A stretch of DNA of 64,000 nucleotides from Ignavibacteriota bacterium. Lineage in GTDB: Bacteria; Bacteroidota; Ignavibacteria; UBA10030. Every line of letters begins with the position of its first letter. Positions within the stretch are counted from its first letter, which is position 1. Position numbers and translations under genes: made by a program. The DNA is taken from contig JAKEEG010000012.1 of NCBI GenBank assembly GCA_022616555.1, positions 8,263 to 72,262 of the forward strand. Direction: 5' to 3'. Below the pieces are notes generated by a model. The model saw nothing but the letters and a program-made list of their open reading frames with translations. It was not told the DNA's origin and made no database searches. This document shows positions 47,147-57,496 of this stretch, one piece after another.

Positions 47147-49147
47147 ATGACAGACCTGATAAAACAGCTTGACACGATCTTCTCCCACAATGGGAAAATG
47201 AGCGAAAATCCGAACTTCGAGCATCGCCCACAACAAGGCGAAATGGCACGGGCAGTCGCCGGGGCATTGGAATCTCGTTCTCATCTATTAATAGAGGCTC
47301 CCACCGGCGTCGGGAAAAGCCTCGCGTATCTCATTCCTGCAATTCTCTATGCCTTGGCACAAAAACGTAAAGCCATTATCTCCACGCACACCAAAAATTT
47401 GCAGGAGCAGTTGCTCCGCAAAGATATTACACTCGCACTGTCACTCATTGACAAAAATGACAAACAAGTTGACGTTGCATCATTTAAGGGACGCAGGAAT
47501 TACCTTTGCACAACGCGGCTCCGGCACGCGATGTCGCGGCAGTCTCAATTGTTCGAGGATGCTGAATCAGACGAACTCAAGCAAATCGTTGCTTGGGCGC
47601 GTGAAACGAAAGACGGAGATATAGAGTCCCTGCCCTTCACATTGCGCACAAACATTTGGCAGCAGGTCTGTTCGGAGAAAGGCGCCTGTAGCCGTCAGAT
47701 TTGTGGGCAGGCATGCTTTTTCCAAAGAGCCCGTGAGCGGGCCCGCAAGGCACCCGTGCTCATCATGAATCACGCCCTCTTCTTTACCCTCCTTGCGCTT
47801 CAATCGTCGGAAGACTACTATCTCTTTCCTGATGATTTTGTGATTTTCGATGAAGCGCATACACTGGAGAATGTCGCAGGGATCGGTATCGGAAAGAACC
47901 TCTCAAAGACCCAGGTGCTGTTCGCTGTCCATCGACTGTTTAATCCAAAAACAGGACGCGGGCTGCTTTCGAAACTCCGCAAGAAAAGCATACTCGAACT
48001 TTGCGAGCGAGTTGAGCGGTCTGCCGAGGGATTTTTCGATGAGATCGGATCTGTTGCTAAAATCCTCAAGCCTTCCTCAAATGTTGTAAGAATCACAACG
48101 CCGCATGTCGTCGCCAATACGTTAGAATTTCCGCTGCGCGACTTACAAGAGGCCGTTCAGCAACTGGAAGAAGGCGAAAAAACGAAAATCAACAAAGAAG
48201 AACTTGTTGCATCCCGGCGTTTGCTGTGGGAAGCGGAAGTCCTTTCCAAAGAATTTCTTGAGCGAGCGAACATTAATTTTACTTATTGGGTTGAGCTGCA
48301 TACCGGGCGAATACGCAACGTTACACTCTGCGCCTCACCGACTGATGTTGCCGAGGCTGTCGGTCCGAAGCTGTTTCGAGAAAAAACGTCCGTCATCATG
48401 ACGAGCGCAACGCTTTCGGTTAAGGGTACTCTCGAATACTTCCAACATCGGCTTGGCGCTCAACATGTGAGGACTCAGATACTCGACTCGCCGTTCGATT
48501 TTCAGCGGCAAATGCGAATCGTGCTCGCGAAGGATATCCCTCCGCCCGACGACCCAGAGTATGGCGTGGAACTCTCCGACTGGATTTATCGTTCAATCGC
48601 TCGATCACAGGGCAAAGCATTGGTGCTGTTTACCAGCTCGGCATTATTGAAACGTATCGCAGAAGAGCTGCGCGAGCGGTTGGAAAACGACGGCATAACA
48701 CTGCTAACACAGGAGCGTGGCGTCTCCCGCCACGCCTTGCTCGAAGCGTTCAAGAAAGATGTCCATTCTGTGTTGTTTGGACTGGATAGTTTCTGGATGG
48801 GCGTTGACGTTCCCGGTGAAGCACTTGAGCACGTGATTATCACGCGGCTGCCGTTTGCGGTACCGGACCACCCGCTTACGGAGTCGCGTATGGAGCTCCT
48901 CGCCAAGCGAGGCGGGCACGCGTTCCTCGACTATCAATTACCGGAGGCGGTGTTAAAACTCAGGCAGGGCGTGGGAAGACTCATCCGCTCGAAAACAGAT
49001 ACCGGGATGGTTACGATTCTTGACTCCCGCATCTTGAGCAAACAGTACGGATATGTGTTTGTTCGTTCGTTGCCACCTTGCAGGGTCGAGATGCTTTATG
49101 CAAACGGGGAAACGATTGAAATGGAAGTTGAAAGACAAGATCCTTAA
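47147..49147 (+). CDS. dinG: DinG/YoaA-family ATP-dependent helicase
   Basis: RPQQ, EAPTGVGKS, KGRRNYLC, Cys cluster, DEAH, MTSATL, FWMGVDVPG, QGVGRLIR. Confidence 0.88.
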   Translation: MTDLIKQLDTIFSHNGKMSENPNFEHRPQQGEMARAVAGALESRSHLLIEAPTGVGKSLAYLIPAILYALAQKRKAIISTHTKNLQEQLLRKDITLALSLIDKNDKQVDVASFKGRRNYLCTTRLRHAMSRQSQLFEDAESDELKQIVAWARETKDGDIESLPFTLRTNIWQQVCSEKGACSRQICGQACFFQRARERARKAPVLIMNHALFFTLLALQSSEDYYLFPDDFVIFDEAHTLENVAGIGIGKNLSKTQVLFAVHRLFNPKTGRGLLSKLRKKSILELCERVERSAEGFFDEIGSVAKILKPSSNVVRITTPHVVANTLEFPLRDLQEAVQQLEEGEKTKINKEELVASRRLLWEAEVLSKEFLERANINFTYWVELHTGRIRNVTLCASPTDVAEAVGPKLFREKTSVIMTSATLSVKGTLEYFQHRLGAQHVRTQILDSPFDFQRQMRIVLAKDIPPPDDPEYGVELSDWIYRSIARSQGKALVLFTSSALLKRIAEELRERLENDGITLLTQERGVSRHALLEAFKKDVHSVLFGLDSFWMGVDVPGEALEHVIITRLPFAVPDHPLTESRMELLAKRGGHAFLDYQLPEAVLKLRQGVGRLIRSKTDTGMVTILDSRILSKQYGYVFVRSLPPCRVEMLYANGETIEMEVERQDP

Positions 49148-49177
49148 GGCGGCATAAAGAGAAAGGGGACACTAGAT

Positions 49178-49711
49178 ATGAACTTCGATCTTTCGCAAGC
49201 CGAAGCGGTGCTTTCGAAAACGCCGGCAACACTAGACGCATTACTCAAAGATTTGCCTGATGAATGGACAAAGAACAACGAGGGCCTTGACACTTGGAGC
49301 CCGTATGATGTCATCGGCCATTTGATACATGGGGAGAAAACCGACTGGATTCCAAGGGCAAAAATGATACTTGAGCATGGTGAATTGCGGACGTTCGACA
49401 CATTCGATAGATTCGCCATGTTTACGGAAAGCAAAGGGAAAACGCTTGAACAACTTTTGGAAGAATTTGGTGTTTTACGAACGGAAAATCTCCGTATATT
49501 AGGCGCTTTACAATTAACCCCGGCACAACTGGAAAGAACGGGTACGCATCCAACACTTGGACGAGTAACACTGAAGCAACTGCTTGCGACTTGGGTCGCT
49601 CACGACCTCGACCACGTAGGACAAATTGTGAGGACGATGGCAAAACAGTATTCGAATGAAGTCGGGCCTTGGAGCGCGTTCCTCTCTATCCTTCGTGAGC
49701 GACAGAAATAG
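49178..49711 (+). CDS. DinB-family protein
   Basis: WSPYDVIGHLIHGE..DWIPR, W.AHDLDH. Confidence 0.82.
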   Translation: MNFDLSQAEAVLSKTPATLDALLKDLPDEWTKNNEGLDTWSPYDVIGHLIHGEKTDWIPRAKMILEHGELRTFDTFDRFAMFTESKGKTLEQLLEEFGVLRTENLRILGALQLTPAQLERTGTHPTLGRVTLKQLLATWVAHDLDHVGQIVRTMAKQYSNEVGPWSAFLSILRERQK

Positions 49712-49734
49712 TTTTTTTGTATCCTCTCAATTTT

Positions 49735-50607
49735 ATGAAATTCAAAGACTGGCTGTACTTCGTGATGCTCTCACTCGCGTGGGGGTCTTCATTCCTGTTT
49801 ATTAAAATCGGCGTGCAAGAGGTCGGCCCGGCAACCCTCGTTTCATTTCGGTTGTTGTTTGGATTGATTGGACTCGCGGCGGTAACGCTCTATTTCAAGC
49901 CTAAATTTCCGACTGAGCGAAACACATGGCTAGCACTGATTCTGCTTGGCATCACCAATACCACACTGCCTTTTGTGCTCATCTCGTGGGGCGAGCAGTA
50001 TATCGATTCTAGCGTTGCAGCGGTGCTGAACGCGACCGTACCGATCTTCGCCGTGCTCCTTAGCCATTATTTGCTGCACGATGAAAAGATCACAGTCGTG
50101 CGGCTGACCGGCGTGGTAATAGGATTTGCCGGAGTCGTCGTTTTGATGAATAAAAGTTTAGGAGTCGAAAACTTCACGCAAAACTTGCTCGGTCAGGGAG
50201 CAGTTGTTCTTGCGTCGCTGTTGTATGCAGTAAGCTCGGTATTTGCCCGCCGGAGGCTTACCGGGGTGCCGCCTATGGTGCAAGCACTCGTTACTGTCGC
50301 CGTCGCGGATTTCTTTAGCTGGATTCTTGTATTCTCTTTCGAACCAATGCAGCAACTTCCACAACTGCCGCTTACCTGGTTCTCATTCGCCTGGCTTGGG
50401 TTGGTGGGGTCGTGCACAGCGTACTTGTTGTACTTCTCGCTCATTCGCAACATCGGGGCGACGAAGACAACGATGGTGACCTACTTCATGCCGCCCATCG
50501 GGGTGGTGTTAGGCCTTGTGTTCCTTGGAGAACAACTCGATTGGTATCTCGCGCTGAGTTTTGTGCTGATTGTCGGGTCGGTGTGGCTGGTGAACAAGAA
50601 GGGATAA
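49735..50607 (+). CDS. EamA/DMT-family transporter
   Basis: Ten TM helices in two repeats. WGSSFLFIKIG, AAVLNATVP, VTYFMPPIGV.LG..FLGE. Confidence 0.88.
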   Translation: MKFKDWLYFVMLSLAWGSSFLFIKIGVQEVGPATLVSFRLLFGLIGLAAVTLYFKPKFPTERNTWLALILLGITNTTLPFVLISWGEQYIDSSVAAVLNATVPIFAVLLSHYLLHDEKITVVRLTGVVIGFAGVVVLMNKSLGVENFTQNLLGQGAVVLASLLYAVSSVFARRRLTGVPPMVQALVTVAVADFFSWILVFSFEPMQQLPQLPLTWFSFAWLGLVGSCTAYLLYFSLIRNIGATKTTMVTYFMPPIGVVLGLVFLGEQLDWYLALSFVLIVGSVWLVNKKG

Positions 50608-50696
50608 GGGTACATCACTTCTCGCAGGAGGAGTTTTTACGATAGTGCTCGTCCAAGTTCCTGCGACGAGCATGAAGTTACAATCCACTACTCTTC

Positions 50697-51623
50697 TTAT
50701 TTATTTTCCCTGATATTTGGCTGCCAGACCGGAGTTTCGTCTCTTTTCGGGTGGTCTGTTAGCCGAACACGGCTCGTCCCATCCGACCGTATTGCCCACA
50801 CATCGTAATTCTTTGACGACCCAGAGGTGTAGGCAATCCATTGACCATCTGGAGACCATGACGGCGAATAATCCTCTGTCGAATCGTTGGTTATATTTTG
50901 GATGTTGCTACCGTCTTTATCCATGATAAAAATATCTAGCATCTTGTTCATTCTGCCATAGAATGCAATATGATTCCCATCTGGCGACCACGCAGCTCCT
51001 GAAGCAACGTCGTCCAGATATGTCAACCGAACTTCGTCTGTACCATCTGCGTTCATTACAAAGATATCAAAGCGAGTCACACCACTTGTATCTCCCGGCA
51101 CGCTCACTTCTCTAGTGAAAGCGAGGCGCTTCACATCAGGAGACCAAGCCGGGACCTCCTCGTAAAGTGTATTATTCGTCAGCCGACGAACATTGGCGCC
51201 GTCGATATCCATAATATACATATCCACTTGCTCCTGCCCGCGGTCGGAGACAAACGCTACGCGTTTGCCGTCCGGCGACCAGGCTGGAAGTCTGTCATCA
51301 GACGGATTCTGTGAGAGATTCTTAGGCTCAGACCCGTCGGCATTCATCATGTAAATTTCATTGTTTCCCTCGCGATTCGAATAAAATAATAGACGAGATC
51401 CATCCGACGACCACGAAATCCAAAAATCTGTCGCTTTGTTGTTTGTCAAGTTTCGGATATTCGACCCGTCAACATTCATTGTGTAAATTTCGAAATTACC
51501 ATCCCGTGTCGAAAGAAACGCAATGTTCCCCTTCGGTTTGTTTTGTGCTGCCGATTCTTGAGTCCAATGAAATGATACCCCAACGGATGCGATAAAAATA
51601 GAGAGAAGAACGTGAATTGTCAT
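50697..51623 (-). CDS. Secreted PD40/WD40-like beta-propeller protein (TolB C-terminal-like)
   Basis: Repeated P.WSPDG..IAF.S.R.G...IY.M..DG units. Signal peptide. Confidence 0.85.
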   Translation of the reverse strand: MTIHVLLSIFIASVGVSFHWTQESAAQNKPKGNIAFLSTRDGNFEIYTMNVDGSNIRNLTNNKATDFWISWSSDGSRLLFYSNREGNNEIYMMNADGSEPKNLSQNPSDDRLPAWSPDGKRVAFVSDRGQEQVDMYIMDIDGANVRRLTNNTLYEEVPAWSPDVKRLAFTREVSVPGDTSGVTRFDIFVMNADGTDEVRLTYLDDVASGAAWSPDGNHIAFYGRMNKMLDIFIMDKDGSNIQNITNDSTEDYSPSWSPDGQWIAYTSGSSKNYDVWAIRSDGTSRVRLTDHPKRDETPVWQPNIRENK

Positions 51624-51635
51624 TGACGATATCCT

Positions 51636-52061
51636 CTATGCTGTTGATTTCTTCTTCCACGTTGCAAGAATAACCCCCATCAGTACAAGCGACACTAGTT
51701 CATATCCCGCTTTGATGGCAAAGAGTCCCAGCGGACGAAGCTCGAACAGTGAGTCTTGCAAAAGCAATACTGCTGCCACGCCGAGCCACATCCAAAATCC
51801 GGTTTGCGCTCCAGTCTTAGCAGTAGTAGCATTCGTGTAATGCACAAAATGCGCAAGCACATAACCCTGCACAAGATACGAAATAAATGCGACTGTGAAC
51901 GTCATACCCATCTGCGATTGCGCCACAGCTTCCTGCGCCTGCGTCCAACCAGTGTACTCCATCCACTGATTGGCAAACAGCAACGGCGTCCAGATTGCTC
52001 CAACGACAAAGCGCACGAGTGCGCTTACAGCAACGGCAATATAATTGATTTGCGGCTGCAT
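51636..52061 (-). CDS. DUF1761-family membrane protein
   Basis: INYIAVAVSAL..FVVGAIW...LFANQW, 4 TM. Confidence 0.78.
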   Translation of the reverse strand: MQPQINYIAVAVSALVRFVVGAIWTPLLFANQWMEYTGWTQAQEAVAQSQMGMTFTVAFISYLVQGYVLAHFVHYTNATTAKTGAQTGFWMWLGVAAVLLLQDSLFELRPLGLFAIKAGYELVSLVLMGVILATWKKKSTA

Positions 52062-52083
52062 AGGTATTTTCCTCCGTTAGAGT

Positions 52084-52500
52084 TTAATGCCACGCGCCTA
52101 AAATCGCACCCATGATAATGAACATCACAACGAGATAGCTTGCGTTGACAAACCAATGGCTTTTTGGCCGCTGTTCGAAAAGATAAATCACGCCAAACGA
52201 CGTTGCGACGAAACCGATGCCGGTTGCGGCGCCCGCGGCGATCCCTGTCGCAAGGTCGGATTGTGGACCGAGAAACATGCCGAGATTGATAGCCGTGATA
52301 AGAATAAACACAAACGCGCCGCCGAATGTTTTCGCGGGATTTGAGTTCTTCGCCATCTCTTCAGAGATGCCAGCCGCCTGCATCCATTGTGCGGCAAACA
52401 TGACAGGCGAATACCAGATACCGCCGAGGATAAACGCCGAGAACGTCGCGGCAAGCACCGCGAGCCAGTTCAGACTTTGAAACGCTGCACCCATATCCAT
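52084..52500 (-). CDS. DUF1761-family membrane protein (tandem paralog)
   Basis: LNWLAVLAATFSAFILGGIWYSP.MF...W, LFEQRP, VNASY. Confidence 0.8.
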   Translation of the reverse strand: MDMGAAFQSLNWLAVLAATFSAFILGGIWYSPVMFAAQWMQAAGISEEMAKNSNPAKTFGGAFVFILITAINLGMFLGPQSDLATGIAAGAATGIGFVATSFGVIYLFEQRPKSHWFVNASYLVVMFIIMGAILGAWH

Positions 52501-52548
52501 TGGTAAGCTCCTTATAGTAATGTGAAAGTGAACCGATGAAGGTGGCTC

Positions 52549-52625
52549 AATCTACACGCAGTTACCGTCGAAAGCAACCCCTCTCTTTCCGAAACAGGAA
52601 AATCGGCTTCCGAAGCAAGAAAATC
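52549..52625 (-). promoter_or_regulatory. Candidate LytTR direct-repeat site plus promoter for the DUF1761 operon
   Basis: TTCCGAAACAGGAAAATC (52587-604) and TTCCGAAGCAAGAAAATC (52608-25) match 16/18, period 21. On the - strand TTGCTT (52577-72)-N17-TAGATT (52554-49). Confidence 0.6.
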
Positions 52626-52676
52626 TTATCCCAAGCTTCTTTTTTTACGTTTTACTTTTAGTTACTTTATCAGCGT

Positions 52677-53723
52677 ATGTATGATGCGAACATCGATACT
52701 GAGCTGAACGATAGAACTATCCGGCTTGTGGTGACACCCTTCTTCGGGCTTGTCATCCCAAACTTAACGGGTATGATCGACAACAGCCAGTACACATGGT
52801 GGGAGTTATGGCTTTGCTACGGGTATTTTACATTTATCGCCTATACCGTCTGGCAGGGCAACCGCTATTTGCTCTTCCGTTTACGACCACGATTCTCGTG
52901 GCTCAACCAGCCCGTGCAAAAAATTTTCACGCTCATCGTTTCCAATATTTTTTACACAATCCCGATTTCGGTCGGACTTTCCGTGCTATGGTATGCGTTT
53001 GCGCGGCAGTCCGTCACCGATTGGGACGCGATTTTTAAAGTCAGTGCACTGTGCGTTATTTGCGTCGTGTTTATCACCCATACGTATGAGACCGTGTTTC
53101 TCATCCGCTCGTGGGAAACGGATAAACTCAAGGGCGAGAAGATGGAGCGCGCCCGTGTGGAAGCGGAGCTCGAAGCGCTGAAGAACCAAATTGACCCGCA
53201 CTTTATTTTCAACTCGCTCAACACGCTCTCGCACCTCATCGAAAAGGATTCGGCCAAAGCGAGGGAATTCAACGATAACCTCGCCGACGTTTATCGTTAC
53301 ATCTTGTTCAACAAAGACCGAAATCTGGTATTACTGAGGGAGGAAATGGAGTTCCTCGAGAAGTATGTCGGTTTAATAAAAATACGTTTTGGGAATGCCT
53401 TCAATTTAGATCTCGATCCAGGCAAAAGACATCAGGACGAGTACCTCATACCGCCAATTTCTTTGCAGATACTCGTTGAAAATGCAATGAAGCACAACGA
53501 ATTCTCAGATTCCCATCCGTTGACTGTTCACGTGACGGTGGACAAAGACGTTATTATCATTTCTAACGAAATACGTCCGAAGCGACAGAACAGGCCTTCG
53601 TCTCGGATCGGACTGAAAAACCTGAACGAACGCTATAAACTGGTAACGGAAAAGGAAATCACAATCGACAGAACCAGTGGCAAGTTTGTTGTCTCGCTGC
53701 CGGTGTTAAAGACAAGCACATAA
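52677..53723 (+). CDS. LytS/YehU-like membrane sensor histidine kinase
   Basis: TM N-terminus, LKNQIDPHFIFNSLN, PPISLQILVENAMKHN, IGLKNLNERY. Confidence 0.9.
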   Translation: MYDANIDTELNDRTIRLVVTPFFGLVIPNLTGMIDNSQYTWWELWLCYGYFTFIAYTVWQGNRYLLFRLRPRFSWLNQPVQKIFTLIVSNIFYTIPISVGLSVLWYAFARQSVTDWDAIFKVSALCVICVVFITHTYETVFLIRSWETDKLKGEKMERARVEAELEALKNQIDPHFIFNSLNTLSHLIEKDSAKAREFNDNLADVYRYILFNKDRNLVLLREEMEFLEKYVGLIKIRFGNAFNLDLDPGKRHQDEYLIPPISLQILVENAMKHNEFSDSHPLTVHVTVDKDVIIISNEIRPKRQNRPSSRIGLKNLNERYKLVTEKEITIDRTSGKFVVSLPVLKTST

Positions 53724-53724
53724 T

Positions 53725-54477
53725 ATGACTATCCTGATTATCGAAGACGAAAAACCTGCCGCCGAAAAACTGATGCACGGCATTAAGCAGTTTGACGCTT
53801 CTGCCGTGCTCGTCGGACCGCTGCGAAGCGTGAAGGAATCCATCAGTTGGTTTGCCGATAATCCAGTACCAGATTTGGTCTTTGCGGATATCCAACTCAC
53901 CGATGGCTCATCGCTCGATGTATTCAAAAAAGTGAGCGTCACGTGTCCGGTTATTTTCGCGACCGCGTACGACGAATATCTCCTTGAAGCTCTCGAGCAC
54001 AACAGCATCGACTACCTGCTCAAACCGTTCAAACAGGAGAAACTCGAAGGCGCGCTCAACAAATACCTTCGATTGAAGCAACACTTTACTGCAAACCTTT
54101 CCCGGTTTGCAGTAAGCTACAACCCCAACTCAAATACCGTAAAAAGCCGGGTTGTCGTCAAAAGGGGGATTGATTTTGTCTCTGTAAAAACAGACGACAT
54201 CGCTTACTTTTATACCGAGCACAAGGTAGTGTTTCTGGTCGATGCAGCGGGAAACCGCTACATCGTCGATAAACCGTTAGCGGATTTGGAAAGTGAATTG
54301 GATAAGCGTTCATTCTTTCGCGTGAATAGGAAATTCCTCGTCCACATTAACGCGATTCAACGTTTTAAATCGTTTGAGAAGGGAAAAATTCTGCTGGAGT
54401 TAAAGCCTCCGGTAACTGAGGAGGTTACAGTGAGTCAGGAAAACGCGGGGAGCTTCCGTGAGTGGATGGGGAAATAA
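53725..54477 (+). CDS. LytTR-family response regulator
   Basis: IIEDE, FADIQL (phospho-Asp), FATAYDEY, YLLKP, FFRVNRKFLV. Confidence 0.92.
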   Translation: MTILIIEDEKPAAEKLMHGIKQFDASAVLVGPLRSVKESISWFADNPVPDLVFADIQLTDGSSLDVFKKVSVTCPVIFATAYDEYLLEALEHNSIDYLLKPFKQEKLEGALNKYLRLKQHFTANLSRFAVSYNPNSNTVKSRVVVKRGIDFVSVKTDDIAYFYTEHKVVFLVDAAGNRYIVDKPLADLESELDKRSFFRVNRKFLVHINAIQRFKSFEKGKILLELKPPVTEEVTVSQENAGSFREWMGK

Positions 54478-54504
54478 TACTGTTCCACTATTATAGGATT
54501 TACC

Positions 54505-55407
54505 GTGAAGCACCAATATTACCTCGCTGATGTATTCACCGATAAAGTCTTTGGAGGAAATCCGCTGGCTGTTTTCCCAAATGCCGAGCGCTTACGGCCT
54601 GAATTAATGCCGCTGCTGGCTCGTGAACTCAATATCTCGGAGTGCGCTTTTGCTTTTCCTCCCTCGGATTCTTCTCACGAACTCAAGTTAAGAATTTTCA
54701 CACCTACAAGGGAACTACCTTTTGCAGGACATCCAACAGTCGGGACTGCATGCGTCTTAGCCGAGACTGGTCGGATACAAACACGAGACGGCAAAACATC
54801 AATCACCTTTGAAGAAGCAGTAGGGCCTATTCAAATAACCATCAGTACCGAATCTGGGAAACCAACGGCAAAATTCTCGGTAGCGCAATTACCTGAATTC
54901 GGTCCTCCCGCACCACCAGCTCAGGATATTGCCAACATGCTCGGGCTTTCTCCCGACATTCTTCTTACCAACCTCTTGCCCCCGACCGCCGTTTCTTGTG
55001 GAGTCCCATACATGTTTATTGAAATCCCTTCTGCTAAACATCTTGCCCAAGTGCAACTTGATCTTGCTCTGTGGAGAAAGATTCTCGCTAATTTCTGGGC
55101 TCCTCATGTGTATGTCATTGCACGCGATAGCAATCCAGAAATCGTCTATGCGCGAATGTTTGCTCCTGCATTAGGGATACAAGAGGATCCCGCAACAGGC
55201 GCGGCGGCATCAGCGCTCGCTGGCTTGTTAGGCATGGCAGACCGGGAGATAGACAAAAGATTTAGATGGAAAATCCATCAGGGCGTTGAAATGGGAAGAC
55301 CAAGCCTCATCGAGGTCGATGCGAACAAACAGAACGGAAAAATAACAGAAGTGCTCGTTGGTGGTGGAAGTGTGTTAGTGGGAAGAGGAGAATTTGAGTT
55401 GTCGTAA
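54505..55407 (+). CDS. PhzF-family isomerase/epimerase
   Basis: DVFT...[44 protein letters not shown]. Confidence 0.9.
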   Translation: MKHQYYLADVFTDKVFGGNPLAVFPNAERLRPELMPLLARELNISECAFAFPPSDSSHELKLRIFTPTRELPFAGHPTVGTACVLAETGRIQTRDGKTSITFEEAVGPIQITISTESGKPTAKFSVAQLPEFGPPAPPAQDIANMLGLSPDILLTNLLPPTAVSCGVPYMFIEIPSAKHLAQVQLDLALWRKILANFWAPHVYVIARDSNPEIVYARMFAPALGIQEDPATGAAASALAGLLGMADREIDKRFRWKIHQGVEMGRPSLIEVDANKQNGKITEVLVGGGSVLVGRGEFELS

Positions 55408-55440
55408 AAATCTGTAAGCAACTCTTACTTCGGTTTGCGA

Positions 55441-56412
55441 CTAAACTCGTCCATTCGGTGAAATCCACGTCTGCCCAATCGCTTCAAGAGCAATGCGCTC
55501 AGGCTGTGACGTCAGTGAAGCTTTGAAGCGCTCGATCGGCTCTTCCACCGGCTCATCGCTCATTACGAACGTATTCCAGTGAATGGGCAGGATGGCTTTC
55601 GCATTCATGTGGTTGGACATCTCGATAGCCTGCTCGGGATTGCAATGGTTACGAAGCCACGGATTATAAGTCCCGATGGGCATGATGGCAAGGTCCACAG
55701 AAATGTTGCGCTCGCCAATTACGCGAAAATTCTCGTGGTACGCCGTATCACCGCCGAAGACTACGTGCCGTCCGTTCTTTGAGAGCAGATAGGCGTTATA
55801 ACTTCGCCCGCGCCAGAAGCCTTTGGAGCGGTCGTTTTCCCACGGAAAGCGCCAGCCGAAGTGTTTTACTTCAATCGCCTCGATGTCCACGCCGTGCACG
55901 GTGGCTTTATCGCCCCAATCTAACTCAAACACTTTCTTGCGCGGGGTATTTTCGAGGATATCGGTCGTGTTCTTCGCCATCACCACCGGAATATCGCCAT
56001 CGAATTGCTCCAATGTCGGGATATCCAAATGATCCATATGCCCATGCGAGAGCAGGATAAAATCGATAGGCGGCAATTCGTCGACTCTAAGTGCCGGCGC
56101 GTACAGACGCTTGGGGCCCACGGTGGTCAGCCCGAGCAGGTTGATGCCCACACGATCGGAGAACACGGGATCGGTAATAATCCGTGTCCCAAAAAAATTG
56201 ATGAATACAGTCGCATGGCCTATCCACGCGGCAGTTATGGTCGAATCGTCCCATGCCTTGGGTTCAGGTCGAAAGGGAGCTTCGCGTACGTCTTCGCCCC
56301 CGAGAAAATTTAACCATCTCGTTGTATGTGGCTTCGGGTCCTGCGCCATTACGGCTTGAGGCACAAGCAAACCCGCTCCGAGCGCTCCTAAAAATTTACG
56401 TCGTGATGTCAT
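55441..56412 (-). CDS. MBL-fold metallo-hydrolase with Tat signal
   Basis: SRRKFL twin-Arg, WIGHAT, TDPVFS, SHGHMDHLD, GGDTAY, PIHWNTF. Confidence 0.85.
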   Translation of the reverse strand: MTSRRKFLGALGAGLLVPQAVMAQDPKPHTTRWLNFLGGEDVREAPFRPEPKAWDDSTITAAWIGHATVFINFFGTRIITDPVFSDRVGINLLGLTTVGPKRLYAPALRVDELPPIDFILLSHGHMDHLDIPTLEQFDGDIPVVMAKNTTDILENTPRKKVFELDWGDKATVHGVDIEAIEVKHFGWRFPWENDRSKGFWRGRSYNAYLLSKNGRHVVFGGDTAYHENFRVIGERNISVDLAIMPIGTYNPWLRNHCNPEQAIEMSNHMNAKAILPIHWNTFVMSDEPVEEPIERFKASLTSQPERIALEAIGQTWISPNGRV

Positions 56413-56467
56413 ACGTTTTGATGAACGAAAATCAGGCGTGAAAAATTCCTTCACTCTGTAGGACGAA

Positions 56468-57463
56468 TCAAGGAGAAGAATATTGTAGTTTCTTCCAGAC
56501 CGCTTTTAGAAGCTCATCAATGTTATTGCTTGTCACTGCGGAAATCGGGATCGTTGAGACTCCTCTTTCGAACTTGAGCTTTTTCAGCTTTTTTGCGTCT
56601 TTGTCTTCCAACAAGTCCGTCTTTGTCAGCGCGATGAGCCGCGGCTTTTTAGCGAGGGTAGGATTGTAATCTTTCAGTTCATGCAATAATACCGCATAAT
56701 CGGCTGTCGGATCTTCGCTTGTCGCTTCGACGAGGAACAGCAGGATTTTCGTCCGTTCGATATGTCTGAGAAACTGTATGCCTAGGCCTTTACCTCTGTG
56801 CGCTCCTTCAATTAGTCCAGGGATATCCGCAACTGTAAAGCTCTTCCCTTCCGCGTAACGGACGATACCCAGGTTCGGTGCGAGCGTCGTGAACGGGTAA
56901 TCAGCGATCTTCGGCTTTGCGGCGGAGATAACCGAAATCAGCGTGGACTTTCCCGCGTTCGGGAATCCAACCAGCCCCACATCGGCAAGCAATTTAAGTT
57001 CGAATATGAGCTCTCGCTCTTCACCCTTTGTGCCTTCTTCCGCCGTTCTCGGCGCTTGGTTAGTTGATGTTGCAAAGTGTGTGTTGCCCTTGCCGCCCTT
57101 CCCTCCGCGCGCGACGATAACTTGATCCCCATGCTTTATTAAGTCGGCAACAACTTCTTCGGAAGCAGCGTCTTTCACCAACGTGCCGCAGGGAACCTTC
57201 AGAACGGTATCTTCACCCCATTTGCCGTCCTGGTTTTTTCCCCTCCCCTTTTCACCGTGCTCGGCTTTATACTTGCGCTTATAACGAAAGTCCAGCAGCG
57301 TGTTCAACTGCCTATCGGCTCGTACGATGACGTTACCGCCATGCCCGCCATTGCCGCCGTCAGGTCCGCCTTTGGGAATGTACTTCTCATGGCGGAAGCT
57401 GACTGCTCCATTGCCGCCGTTGCCGGCGCTGACAGAAATTTTTGCTTCGTCTATGAATTGCAC
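56468..57463 (-). CDS. obgE: GTPase ObgE/CgtA
   Basis: Gly-rich Obg fold, GLVGFPNAGKST, YPFTT, DIPG, TKTD. Confidence 0.96.
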   Translation of the reverse strand: MQFIDEAKISVSAGNGGNGAVSFRHEKYIPKGGPDGGNGGHGGNVIVRADRQLNTLLDFRYKRKYKAEHGEKGRGKNQDGKWGEDTVLKVPCGTLVKDAASEEVVADLIKHGDQVIVARGGKGGKGNTHFATSTNQAPRTAEEGTKGEERELIFELKLLADVGLVGFPNAGKSTLISVISAAKPKIADYPFTTLAPNLGIVRYAEGKSFTVADIPGLIEGAHRGKGLGIQFLRHIERTKILLFLVEATSEDPTADYAVLLHELKDYNPTLAKKPRLIALTKTDLLEDKDAKKLKKLKFERGVSTIPISAVTSNNIDELLKAVWKKLQYSSP

Positions 57464-57496
57464 GAGAAAGGGACTACGAATTGATGAGAAAAAGAA

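Noticed and set aside
50697-51623. Naming this gene tolB
   Set aside because: Only the propeller repeats are present; no TolB N-terminal domain and no pal/tolQR neighbours.
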